From Candidatus Margulisiibacteriota bacterium (GTDB taxonomy: Bacteria > Margulisbacteria > WOR-1 > O2-12-FULL-45-9): 16,558 nt of DNA. The notes beneath the pieces were generated by a model. It searched no databases and was not told the DNA's origin. It saw nothing but the letters and a program-made list of their open reading frames with translations. A program made the position numbers and the translations under genes. Positions 14,265-16,558 of the stretch are shown one piece after another (the stretch's first letter is position 1; every line of letters starts with the position of its first letter). The DNA lies in the NCBI GenBank assembly GCA_043816785.1, contig JBDRHP010000076.1:1-16558 (forward strand), given 5' to 3'.

Positions 14265-14639
14265 TCAGTGCAATTCAATAAATCTCTTTATTTTTTTTAA
14301 TGTCTGGCGGCTGATCACATGCTCAATCCTGCAGGCATCTTTTTCTGCGATCCCACTTTCAATTTTTAAAATGCCATGCAAAAATTTATATAAAACCTGA
14401 TGGCGCCCCATAACTTTTTGGGCAATGCCTTTTCCTTTCTGAGTTAATGTAACAGAGTTGTAACGGTCATAATTAACCAAACTAGATCTTTTTAGTTTCC
14501 TTAAAGCCTCAGTAACACTGGGCATTTTTATGCTTATTGTTTTGGCGATATCTTTCACATGCGCATGACCATGTTCCCTCTGCAGAACAAAAACAGTCTC
14601 TAAGTAGTTTTCCATATTTGCCGTTAGTTTCTTTTTCAT
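14265..14639 (-). CDS. DtxR/MntR family metal-dependent transcriptional regulator (short form, no FeoA/SH3 domain)
   Basis: MENYLETV, HTH VKDIAKTISIKMPSVTEALRKL, LTQKG...RH and DACRIEHVIS. Start placed at ATG 14639. Confidence 0.92.
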   Translation of the reverse strand: MKKKLTANMENYLETVFVLQREHGHAHVKDIAKTISIKMPSVTEALRKLKRSSLVNYDRYNSVTLTQKGKGIAQKVMGRHQVLYKFLHGILKIESGIAEKDACRIEHVISRQTLKKIKRFIELH

Positions 14640-14646
14640 ATTCAAA

Positions 14647-16380
14647 TCAAAGTATGAAGTTGAGCAATGTCCCAACAAAAATAGCGGTAAAGACCATAAT
14701 AACCGCAGCTTTCAGCATATCCTTCCAGCCCAGCTCTTTAAGTAAAACCGCGAAAGTAGCAATACAAGGGAAAAACATGGCCAAAACCACACAAGCAACA
14801 ATAAGCTGGTTAAAGGACATCTTAAGCGGCACTAACATTCCAACAGCGACATCTGTCCTTAAAAATCCGATCACGATCGCGGTAACCGCCTCTTTGGGCA
14901 ATCCCAATAATCCTGTTACTACCGGCGCCGCCAAATTAGCAATAAAATTAAAAATCCCCAAAATATACAGGATATTTACAATAAACACGCCCAATATAAC
15001 TATCGGCAATGCTTCACGCAAAAACCCCTTAACCCGCCACCAAAGTTTTATGATCAAGATCCTCAGAGGCGGAAATCGGTAAGGTGGGATTTCCAGCAGC
15101 AATTCAGGGCTGAAGCCAGGCAGGGATCGGTTTAGAACAAAACCCAGGATCAGCCAGGATAAAAATAAAGTTCCATATACTATAGCTACTGGTCCGCCGC
15201 CATAATCCCCTAATACTCCGATGATCATGGCCTGAAGGGCCGCGCAAGGAACACCGATAGAGATCAAGGTTGAAGCAATAAACCTTTCCCTTTTACTCTC
15301 CAGAATACGTGTGGCTAAAATCCCCGGAACGTTGCAGCCAAAGGCCAATAAAGTAGGCACAATGGCAAACCCGTGAAGGCCAATACGGTGCAAAAGATTA
15401 TCCATAAGCACCGCTAACCTGGGTAAATAACCAGAATCCTCAAGTATTCCCAAAACAAAATAGAAAGACAATACATAAGGGAGAACAGCCGCGATAGGCA
15501 CATATAGTCCTGTAGTTAAAACCCCAAATGACTGCATATAATCTATGCTTCCCCCGATCAACTTTCCCACCAAAACATCGTGCCAAAAACCCGAAGATCC
15601 CAAAAGAACACTCAATTTCATGATTAAAGGAGTATAAAAATTATTAAATAACGGCTCAAAAACATAGCCGATCAATCCTTCACCAATAAAACGGATAACC
15701 TTGAAGGATAGATAGGCGATCAGGATCGCGATCGGCAATCCGGTTATATGATGAATAGTTAAATCCTGCAGCCTTTCCCAAATAGTATGATGGCGATGTT
15801 CTATCCGCTGGACCTCTTTAACAACTTTACCAATATCCTCCCATCGCTCTTCCAAAGTATGCTTACGGACTGCTGGAGTGCGTGCCTTATAAATTTCCGC
15901 GATCAGCCTGGCAAAACCTTGACCAGTCACCGCTACTGTGGGAAAGACCGGAACTCCCAACCATTTTGATAATTTTTCTATATTTATATGAATTCCCTTA
16001 TGCTTGGTATCATCCCACATGTTTAGGGCAACAATAACCGGAATGTCCTGTTCCATAAGCTCCAGCGTAAGGTAGAGATTCCTTTCGAGGTTAGTAGCAT
16101 CTATTACATTAATAATAACGTCCCCTTCGTTTACCGCTTTTTTAGCCGCCTCTTTGAGCATTTCACAGGCAATTTCTTCAGCCTTACAAGTAGGTTCTAA
16201 TGTATAAGTGCCAGGCACATCGATAACTTCGCATTTCTCTTCCCCAACCAGCATATGCCCTTTGGTAAACTCGACCGTAGTTCCAGGATAATTTGAAGTG
16301 ATCACATGCACCCCGGTCAACCTTGAAAAGAAGGCGCTTTTGCCAACATTCGGATTTCCCATTAACAGGATTTTTCTCAT
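14647..16380 (-). CDS. feoB: Ferrous iron transporter B (short 577-aa form)
   Basis: G1 GNPNVGKS, NYPGTTVE, G3 DVPG, G4 NMWD, LEDSGYLPR, FGCNVP gate, LEIPPYR and PCIAT. Confidence 0.96.
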   Translation of the reverse strand: MRKILLMGNPNVGKSAFFSRLTGVHVITSNYPGTTVEFTKGHMLVGEEKCEVIDVPGTYTLEPTCKAEEIACEMLKEAAKKAVNEGDVIINVIDATNLERNLYLTLELMEQDIPVIVALNMWDDTKHKGIHINIEKLSKWLGVPVFPTVAVTGQGFARLIAEIYKARTPAVRKHTLEERWEDIGKVVKEVQRIEHRHHTIWERLQDLTIHHITGLPIAILIAYLSFKVIRFIGEGLIGYVFEPLFNNFYTPLIMKLSVLLGSSGFWHDVLVGKLIGGSIDYMQSFGVLTTGLYVPIAAVLPYVLSFYFVLGILEDSGYLPRLAVLMDNLLHRIGLHGFAIVPTLLAFGCNVPGILATRILESKRERFIASTLISIGVPCAALQAMIIGVLGDYGGGPVAIVYGTLFLSWLILGFVLNRSLPGFSPELLLEIPPYRFPPLRILIIKLWWRVKGFLREALPIVILGVFIVNILYILGIFNFIANLAAPVVTGLLGLPKEAVTAIVIGFLRTDVAVGMLVPLKMSFNQLIVACVVLAMFFPCIATFAVLLKELGWKDMLKAAVIMVFTAIFVGTLLNFIL

Positions 16381-16558
16381 TTCTCAACCTCTATCATGAC
16401 CTTAGATGCCATGCCATACCCGATACCAATCTGGGTCCCTGCCGCCTGAACCGTTATCGGCCCCCACAATAAGCCCCGGCTTTTTTTGGTGATCTTCTTG
16501 CCAATCCTTATGCCAATAGCTTCCAAGCGGCGAAATACACCCCTGCCACCCAGGATAT
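16377..16558 (-). CDS. feoA: FeoA family protein, 5' end outside the window
   Basis: Not in the ORF track. Manual translation gives ILGGRGVFRRLEAIGIRIGKKITKKSRGLLWGPITVQAAGTQIGIGYGMASKVMIEVEK*. ATGA overlap with the feoB start. Confidence 0.92.
   Translation of the reverse strand, partial: ILGGRGVFRRLEAIGIRIGKKITKKSRGLLWGPITVQAAGTQIGIGYGMASKVMIEVEK

Noticed and set aside
1..16558. CRISPR array, IS element, prophage or defence system
   Set aside because: No spaced direct repeats, transposase, integrase, phage or nuclease genes were seen.

Overview
Bacterial, probably diderm, accessory-type region. It has about 18 mostly minus-strand genes for ion homeostasis and sugar metabolism, and no rRNA, CRISPR array or transposase. 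Reading the minus strand from right to left: feoA (partial)-feoB-DtxR/MntR regulator, converging on a plus-strand, internally deleted SAM methyltransferase. Next is an operon under a sigma70 promoter whose -10 box is overlapped by a perfect 24-bp palindrome: DUF134/Zn-ribbon, NifB/NifX-family (1-nt frameshift), MBL-fold hydrolase, YibE/F, MarC. Then a tightly coupled GT4 glycosyltransferase, beta-phosphoglucomutase and GH65 phosphorylase trio with no sugar transporter, and a DUF2490-like beta-barrel gene. Last is a KtrB (with an extra voltage-sensor-like N-terminal domain), KtrA, orphan TM-HAMP-PAS protein, CorA operon, converging on a plus-strand pore-loop/RCK_C membrane protein. Best leads: the unusual Ktr/HAMP-PAS/CorA module, a possible osmolyte synthesis/recycling trio next to it, a candidate DUF134 operator, and a short GC-rich palindrome (CCTGCCTGCCGGCAGGCAGG) found once in intergenic DNA and once inserted in frame in a gene. 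All assignments come from motif recognition by eye; no searches were run.
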